NCBI GenBank assembly: GCA_965249575.1
Contig: OZ252244.1
Location: forward strand, 3,795,290-3,859,289
Length of the DNA: 64,000 nt
Origin: Gemmatimonadales bacterium
GTDB taxonomy: Bacteria > Gemmatimonadota > Gemmatimonadetes > Gemmatimonadales > GWC2-71-9
Reading direction: 5' to 3'
The position numbers and the translations under genes were made by a program. The notes beneath the pieces were generated by a model. It ran no database searches and was not told the origin of the DNA. It saw only the letters and a list, made by a program, of their open reading frames with translations. Below, in pieces: positions 23,803 to 32,937 of this stretch (position 1 is its first letter; each line of letters starts with the position of its first letter).

Positions 23803-24918
23803 GTGAGTCAGCCGCTTCTCTTCTCCCCGTTGTCGATACGGAACGTCACGTTCCGCAACCGGGTGATGGTGTCACCGATGTGCCAGTACCAAGCCGTAGA
23901 GGGCCAAGCCCAGGACTGGCATTTCGCGCACCACTCCCGATTCGCCCTAGGTGGGGTTGGAGCCGCCACGGTCGAAGCGACCGCGGTGACCCGCGACGGT
24001 CGGATCACGTACGGGTGTACCGGCATCTGGGAGGACGACCAGATACCGGGCTTTCGGCGCATCGCGGACGGTTACCGAGCACAGGGGGTCGCCTCCGGAA
24101 TCCAGCTCAACCACGCCGGCCGGAAGGCAAGCACAACGCGGCCGTGGGACGGCGGGGCACCGCTGCCGGCGGATGGCGAGCCTGCCTGGGAAGCCGTCGG
24201 CCCGAGCGCGCTCCCCGCACGGGACGGTTGGCCGCCGCCACGGGCGCTCGAGACAGATGAAATCCCGGCGATTGTAGAGGCGTTTCGAGCGGCGGCGTTG
24301 CGCGCCCTCGAAGCAGAGTTCGACTTTATCGAGATTCACGGCGCCCATGGGTATCTGCTACATAGCTTCTTCTCACCGCTGTCGAACCACAGGACGGACG
24401 ATTTCGGTGGAGACAGGGAGCGCCGGATGCGACTTCCGCTCATGGTGGCCGAGGCCACCCGATCGGTGTGGCCGACGGAGCGTCCGCTCTTTTATCGCGC
24501 CTCCGTGATCGACGGCGTGGACGGTGGGATCACGCTGGAGGACACCGTCGCGCTCGCCCGCGCCCTGAAAGCAGCAGGAGTCGATGCGATTGACTGCTCT
24601 TCCGGTGGGCTGCTGGGATCGGTCTCGTTGAGCAACACGCTTCCTCCGCCGGGATTTCAGGTGCCGCTCGCGGAGGCCGTGCGACGGGATGCAGACATTG
24701 CGACCGTGGCCGTGGGCATGCTGACTGAGCCGGACCAGGCCGAAGCGATTCTCCAGGAGGGTCAAGCGGATCTGATTGCCATCGCCCGCGAGTTCATTGC
24801 CGACCCCAACTGGGCCTATCGAGCCGCGCGAGAGCTCGGTCTGGAGGATCCGCACGGCATTCTTCCCTTCTCGTACGCCTTCTATTTACGCCGCCGTGCG
24901 GCCTTGCTACGGAGTTGA
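23803..24918 (+). CDS. NADH:flavin oxidoreductase, Old Yellow Enzyme family (YqjM/NamA-like)
   Basis: NRVMVSPMCQY, GIQLNHAGRKAS, EIHGAHGYLLHSF.SPLSN.RTD.FGG. Start is 23794 or 23803. Confidence 0.9.
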   Translation: MSQPLLFSPLSIRNVTFRNRVMVSPMCQYQAVEGQAQDWHFAHHSRFALGGVGAATVEATAVTRDGRITYGCTGIWEDDQIPGFRRIADGYRAQGVASGIQLNHAGRKASTTRPWDGGAPLPADGEPAWEAVGPSALPARDGWPPPRALETDEIPAIVEAFRAAALRALEAEFDFIEIHGAHGYLLHSFFSPLSNHRTDDFGGDRERRMRLPLMVAEATRSVWPTERPLFYRASVIDGVDGGITLEDTVALARALKAAGVDAIDCSSGGLLGSVSLSNTLPPPGFQVPLAEAVRRDADIATVAVGMLTEPDQAEAILQEGQADLIAIAREFIADPNWAYRAARELGLEDPHGILPFSYAFYLRRRAALLRS

Positions 24919-24962
24919 GCAGCCCTGAGCAGGATCACGTCAGTGCCCGCGGAGCCGAGGCC

Positions 24963-25730
24963 ATGAATGAGCTGCACGACAAGACTGTTCTCCTGACCGG
25001 GGCCTCGACGGGTATTGGTGCTGCAACCGCCTGCGCCCTCGGGCGTACAGGGTGCTACCTCGCCGCGCAGTACCACACGAATGAGGCGGGTGTCCTGGCG
25101 GCAACCGGCGACGTGGCAAGCGATCACAAGCTCCTGCTCCAGGCCGATTTCTCGCGTCGTAAGGCGGCCGATGCGCTCTGGCAGGCGGCCGTTGCGTGGC
25201 GCGGCCGCATCGACGTATTGGTGAACAACGCGGCGACACTCCGCTTCGAGGGCGGGATCGACGCGAGCGAAGAGGACTGGGACCGGGTTTGGGCCGAGAC
25301 GCTGCAGATCAACGTCCTCGCCCCAGCTCGACTCTTGCGAAACGCTGTCCGGCACTTTCGGGATTCAGGAGGCGGAATCACCGTAACGATGGCGAGTTGG
25401 GTTGCACAGCGAGGCAGCTCGCTTGCAGACTTGATGGCTTACGCCGCCTCCAAGGCTGCCATTTGCGCGGCCACCCAGACGATTGCTCGGAATTTCGCGC
25501 GTGACAACGTCCTGGCCTACGTCATCTCGCCCGGTATGGTGCGTACCCAGATGTCCGAGCAAGCTGCGGAGCGCATGGGTGGAGAGCCGGCAGTCACCGC
25601 CAGTCTCGCGATGCGCGAGTGGGTGCCGCCGGATGAATTGGCCGAGCTAGTGGTGTTTCTCGCATCCGGGAAATGCCGCCATCTCACCGGCGCGACGCTC
25701 GACGTAAACGGGGCGAGTTACGTGCGGTAG
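24963..25730 (+). CDS. Short-chain dehydrogenase/reductase (SDR)
   Basis: TGASTGIG, VNNA, catalytic YAASK, SPGMVRT, TGATLDVNG. Confidence 0.92.
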   Translation: MNELHDKTVLLTGASTGIGAATACALGRTGCYLAAQYHTNEAGVLAATGDVASDHKLLLQADFSRRKAADALWQAAVAWRGRIDVLVNNAATLRFEGGIDASEEDWDRVWAETLQINVLAPARLLRNAVRHFRDSGGGITVTMASWVAQRGSSLADLMAYAASKAAICAATQTIARNFARDNVLAYVISPGMVRTQMSEQAAERMGGEPAVTASLAMREWVPPDELAELVVFLASGKCRHLTGATLDVNGASYVR

Positions 25731-25783
25731 AATCGAGCGCCAAGCGCTAGGCACGAAACGCCGGTGAGCCCCAAAAGAGACCC

Positions 25784-25823
25784 TTCGCCACGCCATTCGA
25801 AATTCGCCAATCAATATTCGGCG
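25784..25823 (-). repeat. Degenerate 7-bp repeat array (same family as 13873-14050)
   Basis: Minus strand reads GAATATT GATTGGC GAATTTC GAATGGC GTGGC GAA. Confidence 0.55.
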
Positions 25824-25824
25824 C

Positions 25825-27669
25825 TCAGTACCCTCGTTCCTTGTTCACGACCGACAGCAACTTCTCCCCATTGGCGAACCGCCTGAGGTTTTCCCGAAAT
25901 ACAAGCCACAAACGCTCCATATGATCGTCTGAGTCCCCGCCCAAGTGCGGAGTGATGATCACGTTCTTCATTCCCCAGAGCACGTGATCGGCTGGGAGCG
26001 GTTCCGGTTCGGTGACGTCGAGGCCAGCTCCGGCGAGGCGCCCGTCCCGAAGCGCGCGTACGAGCGCGTCCGTGTCGACGGTCTTGCCTCGGCCAATGTT
26101 CAGGAAATAGGCAGATCGTTTGACCGTCGAGAAGAACCGCTCATCGAGAATGCTTTGGGTCGTGGGAGTCAACGGTAGGCTATTGACCACGACATCGGCA
26201 TCGGCCGCGAGGGCGTGCAATTCGGACGAGAGACCGACATAGTCCACGAAGGCGGGCCCCTCGCGACGGCTGGCCCGGGTCGCCACGACCCGCATCCCGA
26301 AGCCGTGGCCCAGTCTCGCGACCTCCGTGCCGATCCCGCCCAGGCCTGCTACAAGCATCGTCTTGCCCCGGAGTTCCAGCAGCTCGCTCCCCGCACCCAC
26401 GTATGGACTCGGACCGGTGAGCGGCTCGATGTCCCAACGCCGCTCACGCTGGAGTTCGAGGGCGATGTGGAGGCGGCGCGTGAGCGTTAAGAGCATCGCC
26501 ATCACGTGCTCCGCGCCGCCGTGCGCGTAGAGTCGCTGCGCGTTGGTGATGAGAACATTGCTTTCCGCGAGTCCCGGAATCGCGAGGAAGCTCTCGACTC
26601 CTGCGGCTGGGAGCTGCACCCAACGGAGCCGCTCAGCAGCGGCGAACGTCTCCGGCGTGAGCCACCCCAAATACGCGTCTGCATCGCGAACGGCACGCGC
26701 TTCTTCGCCCGCGTCGTCCACCACCACGACCTCGAGTCCGGGAACGGCGAGTCGTAGTTGCTCTGTGCGACCCGGCCAGAGGTCCGACACGACGACCTTA
26801 GTAGGTGGCTTCCAGTTCGGATCATCGTTGAGTGTAGTACCGGCTTCCCGGAGTCCCAGACGGTCGATGAAGGCGTGCGGGGCCTCGAGGCCAACAGACT
26901 CCTCATAGATGTGATCCGCGGTGCCCTCGGGTAGAATGGCCAAAGCGTCCTGGGGAATGCTCGCCGCGATCTGTCCCCGCCCGACTCCGTCGCGGATCGA
27001 TCGGTCGATTTGGTTTTTCGCTGCTATCAGGGCCAGGCGGGTCTCGGCGAGAACGTCCGGGCCGGTGACCGAACCATGTCCGGGCACGACCGTCTCCGGC
27101 CGCAGGCGCTCCAGCTGTTCGAGCGCCCTGATCCAGACGGCCGTCGGAACGAGATTGCCATCTCGGCCACCACCCACGAGGTTCCCTGCGAACAACACAC
27201 CATCAGTGGGAACGTGGACGACGACCGATGATTTGCGCGCCCCGTCCCCAAGGTTCAGGACTTCAACCCGCCTGTTTCCATCCTCTAGTACGAAGGGCGA
27301 TTGAAAGACCTGCCGGCCATCTCGCGGGTCCGGCGGAATGGGAGAGGATGCGGGGAGTAGCGCCAGCATGCCGGGCGGGACCGCGTACATGGATTCCGTA
27401 CCCGTCCCCGTGCGGACCACGAGTGGCGTCCGAGTCGCTGGTGAAGTCCCGATTGCTCGTGCGAGCGCCGCCCACATGGTGGCGGGGCCGGGATCGACGA
27501 CCAAGTGACCGCCGTTGACCGAGACCAGCGCAGTGTTTCCACCACCTGCACCCCTGTCTGAGGACCACTCGATGACAGCAATTCCGTCAGTCAGAGGTGC
27601 CGCGACCTGACCGACAACTGGGATCGGAATAAGCGCCAGCAACGTCGTTATCAGCACAAACCTTTTCAT
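25825..27669 (-). CDS. Signal peptide + degenerate metallo-beta-lactamase fold + D-2-hydroxyacid dehydrogenase fusion
   Basis: MKRFVLITTLLALIPIPVVG signal peptide (GGAG SD); MBL-like LVVD, GVLFAGNL, VVPGHG; C-terminal GLGGIG, NIGRG, LDVTEPEP, ITPH. Confidence 0.8.
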   Translation of the reverse strand: MKRFVLITTLLALIPIPVVGQVAAPLTDGIAVIEWSSDRGAGGGNTALVSVNGGHLVVDPGPATMWAALARAIGTSPATRTPLVVRTGTGTESMYAVPPGMLALLPASSPIPPDPRDGRQVFQSPFVLEDGNRRVEVLNLGDGARKSSVVVHVPTDGVLFAGNLVGGGRDGNLVPTAVWIRALEQLERLRPETVVPGHGSVTGPDVLAETRLALIAAKNQIDRSIRDGVGRGQIAASIPQDALAILPEGTADHIYEESVGLEAPHAFIDRLGLREAGTTLNDDPNWKPPTKVVVSDLWPGRTEQLRLAVPGLEVVVVDDAGEEARAVRDADAYLGWLTPETFAAAERLRWVQLPAAGVESFLAIPGLAESNVLITNAQRLYAHGGAEHVMAMLLTLTRRLHIALELQRERRWDIEPLTGPSPYVGAGSELLELRGKTMLVAGLGGIGTEVARLGHGFGMRVVATRASRREGPAFVDYVGLSSELHALAADADVVVNSLPLTPTTQSILDERFFSTVKRSAYFLNIGRGKTVDTDALVRALRDGRLAGAGLDVTEPEPLPADHVLWGMKNVIITPHLGGDSDDHMERLWLVFRENLRRFANGEKLLSVVNKERGY

Positions 27670-27935
27670 CGTATCTCCACGAAACGGATCTGGGCATTGA
27701 ATGTCGAACGCCGACGCCAAGATGTCGAGCCGGGCGCCTGCAGCGGGTGGTTCGCGAGCTTTAGCCCAGCTTGTGACGGAATCCGGTCGCGGGTGGTCTT
27801 CGACAGGGAGACCCGCCGCCTCCTAGTCTCAAACGTGCCAGCCCGAGGATCGATGCCAGCTGACCGACGCTCGACACCAACTCACACTATCCCCCCTTGA
27901 AGAGCGCCACCGCGACTGGCACCTTGTGTCCAGCC

Positions 27936-28841
27936 ATGTCCCAAGACCCAAGCGCTACTCGCTGCGGAACTGTCGTTCTGGCCGGACGTCCGAATGCCGG
28001 GAAGTCCTCGCTATTGAACGCCCTAGTTGGGGAGCGACTCGCCATCACGAGTCCCAAACCCCAAACCACACGTCTGCCGGTCACAGGAGTGCGGACGGAA
28101 CACGACACACAGATCGTGTTTATCGATCCTCCTGGATTACTGGAGCCGGAATACGCACTCCATGAGAGTATGCTTGCTGTCGCCGAATCCGCGCTTCGCT
28201 CCGCTGACGCCGTGTTGTACTTGCATCCGATCACTGAAGGGCCGCCTCCGCCGTTCACCGACGTCTTGGGCAATCTCTCTGCACCCCCCAGGCCGCTGAT
28301 CACGGTCCTGAGCAAGGCCGACCTCGTGCCGAAGCGACCACGTCCGGACGCGGGATCCGAGACGCTCGCGGTATCGGCCGAAACCGGCGAGGGGCTCGAT
28401 GCGCTGCTATCCTGGTGTCGAAAGGAGCTACCGATCGCTCCTTTTCGCTTCGACCCGGACTACACGAGTACTCAACCGGTCCGGTTCTTCGTGACCGAGT
28501 ATCTGCGAGAGGCAGCTTTCGACCTTCTCGGTGACGAGGTCCCCTACGCCCTGGCCGCGGTAGTCGACGAGTTCCGGGAGGCAGCGGACCCGGTGTATAT
28601 TCGCGTAACGGTTTACGTCGAGCGGGAGTCACAGAAGCGCATTGTAATTGGGCACGAGGGACGCACTATTCGCCAGCTGGGCGTCTCGACGCGGAAGAGA
28701 GTCGAGGCGTTGATCGATCAGCGAGTGTATCTCGACCTCTGGGTCAAGGCGCTCCCGCACTGGCGCCGGAACGAGGGATCGCTCCGCAGCCTTGGCTTTC
28801 CGACGCACCACGACCGAGGGACGCATGCCCATCGCCACTGA
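27936..28841 (+). CDS. era: GTPase Era
   Basis: [28 protein letters not shown] domain [19 protein letters not shown]. Confidence 0.95.
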   Translation: MSQDPSATRCGTVVLAGRPNAGKSSLLNALVGERLAITSPKPQTTRLPVTGVRTEHDTQIVFIDPPGLLEPEYALHESMLAVAESALRSADAVLYLHPITEGPPPPFTDVLGNLSAPPRPLITVLSKADLVPKRPRPDAGSETLAVSAETGEGLDALLSWCRKELPIAPFRFDPDYTSTQPVRFFVTEYLREAAFDLLGDEVPYALAAVVDEFREAADPVYIRVTVYVERESQKRIVIGHEGRTIRQLGVSTRKRVEALIDQRVYLDLWVKALPHWRRNEGSLRSLGFPTHHDRGTHAHRH

Positions 28842-28995
28842 CCTGCTCGAGATCCTCGTCTGCCCGCAGTGCAAGGGCCAACTGGAATACAAACGCGAGC
28901 CGAACGAGCAGCTCGTGTGCCACTCCTGCCGGCTAATCTTCGCCGTCGAAGATGACATTCCGATCATGCTCGTTGACGAAGCGACGGCCTTCTAA
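28825..28995 (+). CDS. Trm112/UPF0434 (YcaR) family protein
   Basis: [12 protein letters not shown]...[21 protein letters not shown]. Confidence 0.9.
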   Translation: MPIATDLLEILVCPQCKGQLEYKREPNEQLVCHSCRLIFAVEDDIPIMLVDEATAF

Positions 28996-29962
28996 CCTGG
29001 GCCCTCTGCTTCTGGCGCTCTCGCTGGGTGCCCTGCCATTGACGGCCGAGCAGGACGCCGCACCCGATGCGAGCGGCGCCGCGTTCCTTCTCGTACCGGT
29101 CGGAGGCCGGGCCACCGCGCTGGGGCAGGCGGCGGTCGCGGACGCGGGGAGCAGCGAGGCCGTGTTTTGGAACCCCGCCGGTCTGGGCGCGCTGGATCGG
29201 AGCGAGATTGCAATCCACTACGCATCCACCTTCGCATCAGACAATACCACACTCACAGCCCTGTACGTCGCACGCGGGCTCGGTGCGGTCGGGTTGACGG
29301 CCTATCTCGTCGATTTCGGCTCGCAGGAAGTGGTACCGGGTCCCGGCGTACTCCCTACCGGTCGCGTGAGTCCAAAGAACATTGAGCTCCTCGCGTCCTA
29401 CGGAACGGATGTCGGGAGCACCTTGAGCGTGGGGGTGAATTACAAGTTCATACAGTTCCGGCAAGATTGTTCGGGGGACTGCGGGCCGTTCCGCACCGTC
29501 GTCGGTACGACACACGGGTTAGACCTCGGGATGCAGTACGTCGTCGGATCCGGTGGCGCGCTTCGAATCGGAGCCGCCGTTCAACACGCCGGGTTCAAAC
29601 TCCAAGTACAGAATCGGGATCAGGCGGACGCGCTCCCGACGCGGGTCCAGGTGGGAGCGGCCTACCGCCTCCCCGTGCCGCAGCGACGGGATGCCCAGAC
29701 CCCGATCGATGCGAGACTGCTGGTGGATCTCCAAAACACCTGGGGCGAATACGGCACCCCCGACGCGCGCGTCGGGTTGGAGGTGGGTTACGGCGAAGTT
29801 CTGAGACTCCGCTCCGGTTATGCATTCCTCGAGGGCGAGAGCTCGGGACCGTCGCTTGGTATCGGCTTGCGGCTGGGGCGCCTAATGATCGACTTCGCCC
29901 GCCTGTTCTTCGACTCGACGCTCGACGATCCGGCGTACGTCAGCGTTCGCGGCCAGCTGTAA
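28952..29962 (+). CDS. PorV/UPF0164-like outer-membrane beta-barrel protein
   Basis: [18 protein letters not shown]...AVFWNPAGL motif, alternating beta-strands, LRLRSGY. Start uncertain. Confidence 0.75.
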   Translation: MTFRSCSLTKRRPSNLGPLLLALSLGALPLTAEQDAAPDASGAAFLLVPVGGRATALGQAAVADAGSSEAVFWNPAGLGALDRSEIAIHYASTFASDNTTLTALYVARGLGAVGLTAYLVDFGSQEVVPGPGVLPTGRVSPKNIELLASYGTDVGSTLSVGVNYKFIQFRQDCSGDCGPFRTVVGTTHGLDLGMQYVVGSGGALRIGAAVQHAGFKLQVQNRDQADALPTRVQVGAAYRLPVPQRRDAQTPIDARLLVDLQNTWGEYGTPDARVGLEVGYGEVLRLRSGYAFLEGESSGPSLGIGLRLGRLMIDFARLFFDSTLDDPAYVSVRGQL

Positions 29963-29982
29963 CGGTGGATGGGCGGCCCACG

Positions 29983-30900
29983 GTGAGCCGCACCGCTAGG
30001 GTCGGAGCGCATCGAGTTCGACCGTTCGCCGCCTTGGTTGCTCCGCTCCGGATGGCGGCGATCGTGGTCGCGGCCTCGTTCACTGCAACACCTGCCTGGA
30101 GCACGCAAACCCAAGGAGTCGCCCCGGCGGGGTTGGGCGCGCCGGCCTCCGAGCTGCCCCGATGGTCGGCAATACGGGACTCCTCCGCACCTCGATGGAT
30201 CGCACCCGTGGCGTCGGCAATCCTACCAGGCACCGGCCAGCTCCTGCGGGGGCAGGATCGTGGCGCAGTTTACATGGTGGTCGAAGCGTTTTTCGTCGTT
30301 CGGTTCTTTTCGCTCTGGAGTGATGGCCGGCGTGAGCGAACTCGATTTCGCGATCTGGCGTTCAACGTTGCTCGCCGTTCTTTCGCGCCCGTTGCACGCG
30401 ACACCGTCTTCGAGTACTTCGAGCAGATGGCCAAGTTCATCGAGAGCGGGCCGGTCGACGTAGATCCCGGGCCCGGCCTGATCCCGCCAACCGACGAGCG
30501 CACGTTCAACGGCAGTATCTGGGCCCTAGCCCGTGAGACGTTCTTCGAGAACCCTGACTCGACGCCGGGTGTTACGACCGACCAGTACCAAAGAGCCCTC
30601 GCGTTCTACCGGGAGCGCGCCGTGGGACCCAATTTTCGATGGTCGTGGCGTAACGCCGGTCTCGAACAGGACCTATTCCGTCAGACCATCCAGCAGAGCG
30701 ATGAGGCGTTTCGCCGCGCACAACAGCAGCTAGGATTGCTCCTCGCGAATCATCTGATCAGTGCCGTCGATGCCTTCGTGTCGGAACGCCTGTCACGGCC
30801 CGACCGGGAGATCCGCATGCGCTCATTCCTGTGGACTGTGCCACGCTGGCCGCACGGCAAGGAACACGGGTTTTCGATATGGGTGCAACTCGCCGTATAG
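29983..30900 (+). CDS. Hypothetical exported/membrane protein (SxxLPGxGQ motif, DUF5683-like)
   Basis: Long ORF with ASAILPGTGQL and ANHLISAVDAFV. Start uncertain (29965, 29983 or 30052). Confidence 0.6.
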   Translation: MSRTARVGAHRVRPFAALVAPLRMAAIVVAASFTATPAWSTQTQGVAPAGLGAPASELPRWSAIRDSSAPRWIAPVASAILPGTGQLLRGQDRGAVYMVVEAFFVVRFFSLWSDGRRERTRFRDLAFNVARRSFAPVARDTVFEYFEQMAKFIESGPVDVDPGPGLIPPTDERTFNGSIWALARETFFENPDSTPGVTTDQYQRALAFYRERAVGPNFRWSWRNAGLEQDLFRQTIQQSDEAFRRAQQQLGLLLANHLISAVDAFVSERLSRPDREIRMRSFLWTVPRWPHGKEHGFSIWVQLAV

Positions 30901-30932
30901 AGCCAGGCACCACCGAGGGGCCCTCGACAGGT

Positions 30933-30961
30933 TTGACTTATGCGGGTGCTGCACCTAAGTT
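30933..30961 (+). promoter_or_regulatory. sigma70 promoter upstream of REC-GGDEF gene
   Basis: TTGACT-17 bp-TAAGTT, nearly identical to the rrn promoter. GAGGAG SD before GTG 30994. Confidence 0.7.
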
Positions 30962-30993
30962 TGTCCCCTCGTTGACATTACGAGAGGAGACCG

Positions 30994-31950
30994 GTGCGGA
31001 CGCGTCCGACCGTCATGTACTTTTCGCCGGCCGAGCGTCCGGTTCCGGACTTGATTTCGGCGTGGGCGGAACGGAAAGAACTGCCTATCGTCCACCTCCG
31101 GGATCGTGGGGATGTGGAGACAGCAGCTCTTCGCAGTCCCCCTTCGCTCATCATTGTTGATGCTGATGCTGCGGGGCCGGATGGGGCAGCCCTGTGCTGT
31201 ACGCTCAAAGCCGATCCCTACACTGCGGTCGTCCCGGTTGCCTTCCTCTCGACACGCCATGCCTCCGATCAAGTGCGCGACTGGTTCGTCACCGGAGCAG
31301 ATGAGGTCATCACACCGCTCTTCGGACCAGCCGAGCAACGAAGCCGGCTGGACGTGCTTCTGGTCCGGACGGAGCGAAATATCACCGTTCAACCTTCCAC
31401 TCGCCTCCCAGGCACCACCGAGATCGAGCGGGAGATTCGGCAGCGCCTGGAAACCGAGTCCAAATTTGCGGTCTGTTATGCGGACCTCGACCATTTTAAG
31501 GAATACAACGACCGGTACAGCTACTATGACGGAGACCGCGTCATCTTCATTCTCTCCCGAATCCTACGCGACGTGGTGAAAGGAACGAGCCCAACCGATG
31601 GCTTCGTGGGGCATATCGGCGGCGACGACTTCATCATGGTTCTCCCCATCACAATCGTCTCTGATGTATGCACGGAAGTGCTCTCGGTTTTCGACAATCT
31701 GATCCCGTTTCAGTACAGCGCGCAGGACCGCCGTGCGGGGTACTTCTTCGGGAAAGATCGCCGCGGGCAGCTGTACCGCGTTCCACTGATGACGTTGTCG
31801 ATCGGAATCGTGACGAACGAGCACCGTCATTTCGAGCATCCCGCCCAGGTGAGCGAGTTGGCGACGGAAATGAAGAGTTATGCGAAGACACTACCGGGTT
31901 CGGTCTTCGTGGTTGACCGGCGCCGTGATTCGGCCAGGGAAGACGATTGA
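30994..31950 (+). CDS. Receiver-like domain + GGDEF diguanylate cyclase
   Basis: LIIVD...DG REC remnant; ADLDHFKEYND, GHIGGDDF, MTLSIGIV. Confidence 0.88.
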   Translation: MRTRPTVMYFSPAERPVPDLISAWAERKELPIVHLRDRGDVETAALRSPPSLIIVDADAAGPDGAALCCTLKADPYTAVVPVAFLSTRHASDQVRDWFVTGADEVITPLFGPAEQRSRLDVLLVRTERNITVQPSTRLPGTTEIEREIRQRLETESKFAVCYADLDHFKEYNDRYSYYDGDRVIFILSRILRDVVKGTSPTDGFVGHIGGDDFIMVLPITIVSDVCTEVLSVFDNLIPFQYSAQDRRAGYFFGKDRRGQLYRVPLMTLSIGIVTNEHRHFEHPAQVSELATEMKSYAKTLPGSVFVVDRRRDSAREDD

Positions 31951-31974
31951 GCTGGTGAGGGGGTCACGTCTGAC

Positions 31975-32823
31975 ATGAACGTACGCTGCCCTTCGTGTGA
32001 AACCGTATACCGGATCGACCCGGCGAAGGTTCCGTCCGCGGGCATACGAGCGAGCTGCCGGGATTGTTCAGCGATTCTCTCGATCACGCAGTCTGCGGAA
32101 ACAGCGTCCGTTAGCAGTCCGGCCGCGACGCAAGCGACTGCCCAACCACCTCCAGCCGCCCCGGTGGGGCCGCAGTCGGCCCCTGGTCCTCCGCCCGCGG
32201 CACCTCCCTCTCCGGCCCCGGCGGCGATCCTTCAGGCTCCAGCTGCCCCACAGCCCGTCCCGGTTCCACCTCCCCTGGACGTGCCCGCAACGGCTGGACC
32301 GCCTCCCGCAGCCCCCGTCACCCCGGTGCCACTTGCGGAAACGCCGCGAGTGACCAAGCCGTTCTCACACACGCGGGCGCCTGAGCCGCCGCCACAACCA
32401 GCGGTTAAGAGGCCGAGCGCTCCGGTGTTCCGGCCCACTCGGCCCGCGCAGCCGATGGCGCCGGTTCCAACACCCAAGGCTGCTCCGGCACCAGCGGCCG
32501 CGCCGCCGCAGCTCGAAGCCGCACCTGCGACTCCCGGGCCGACGAAAACGGCCGCCAGAGCGGTCAATCCCTTCCTCGCACAAGATCCGAAGCAGAAGGC
32601 CAGGCGCCTGGCGCGGGCATTGGTGTCGGACATGATTGTCTACCAGCCGGACAAGCGGCAGCAGGCGCTGCGAGCGGGGAACCTCAAGGACGCCTTCGAG
32701 GAAGAAATCAAGAAGAGCTGGCAGGAGTACGTCGAGCAGGTTGGGGACGAAATGGCCAACTCGACTCCCTTTTTCAACGAGGCGCTCAACGACATTCTCG
32801 CGGGGGGACAGAAGATCTTTTAG
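31975..32823 (+). CDS. Zinc-ribbon (MJ0042-type) protein with Pro/Ala-rich linker
   Basis: CPSC...CRDC at N-terminus, long P/A-rich linker, helical C-terminus ARRLARALVSDM..Y. Confidence 0.8.
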   Translation: MNVRCPSCETVYRIDPAKVPSAGIRASCRDCSAILSITQSAETASVSSPAATQATAQPPPAAPVGPQSAPGPPPAAPPSPAPAAILQAPAAPQPVPVPPPLDVPATAGPPPAAPVTPVPLAETPRVTKPFSHTRAPEPPPQPAVKRPSAPVFRPTRPAQPMAPVPTPKAAPAPAAAPPQLEAAPATPGPTKTAARAVNPFLAQDPKQKARRLARALVSDMIVYQPDKRQQALRAGNLKDAFEEEIKKSWQEYVEQVGDEMANSTPFFNEALNDILAGGQKIF

Positions 32824-32937
32824 GCTGGTGTTAACTCGTGATATGGCCTATATTTGAGCGTCTTCGAGCCGTCGCCCGGCAGTCCATGGGCCGACGGCTC
32901 GACTCGTGCGAGCACCGATGATTGGAGAGGACGTATC

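Noticed and set aside
29467..29982. 5' extension of the 477-aa ORF, and similar extensions at 15435, 19684, 22715, 44418 and 50321
   Set aside because: Most overlap well-supported upstream genes; downstream starts were preferred on SD, gene coupling or family N-terminus grounds.
31480..31640. Hypr-GGDEF (3',3'-cGAMP synthase) possibility
   Set aside because: The guanine-selecting Asp is retained (ND....DGD), not Ser/Thr.
32100..32560. Apparent repetitive GC-rich DNA
   Set aside because: It encodes a Pro/Ala low-complexity linker, with no discrete DNA repeat unit.
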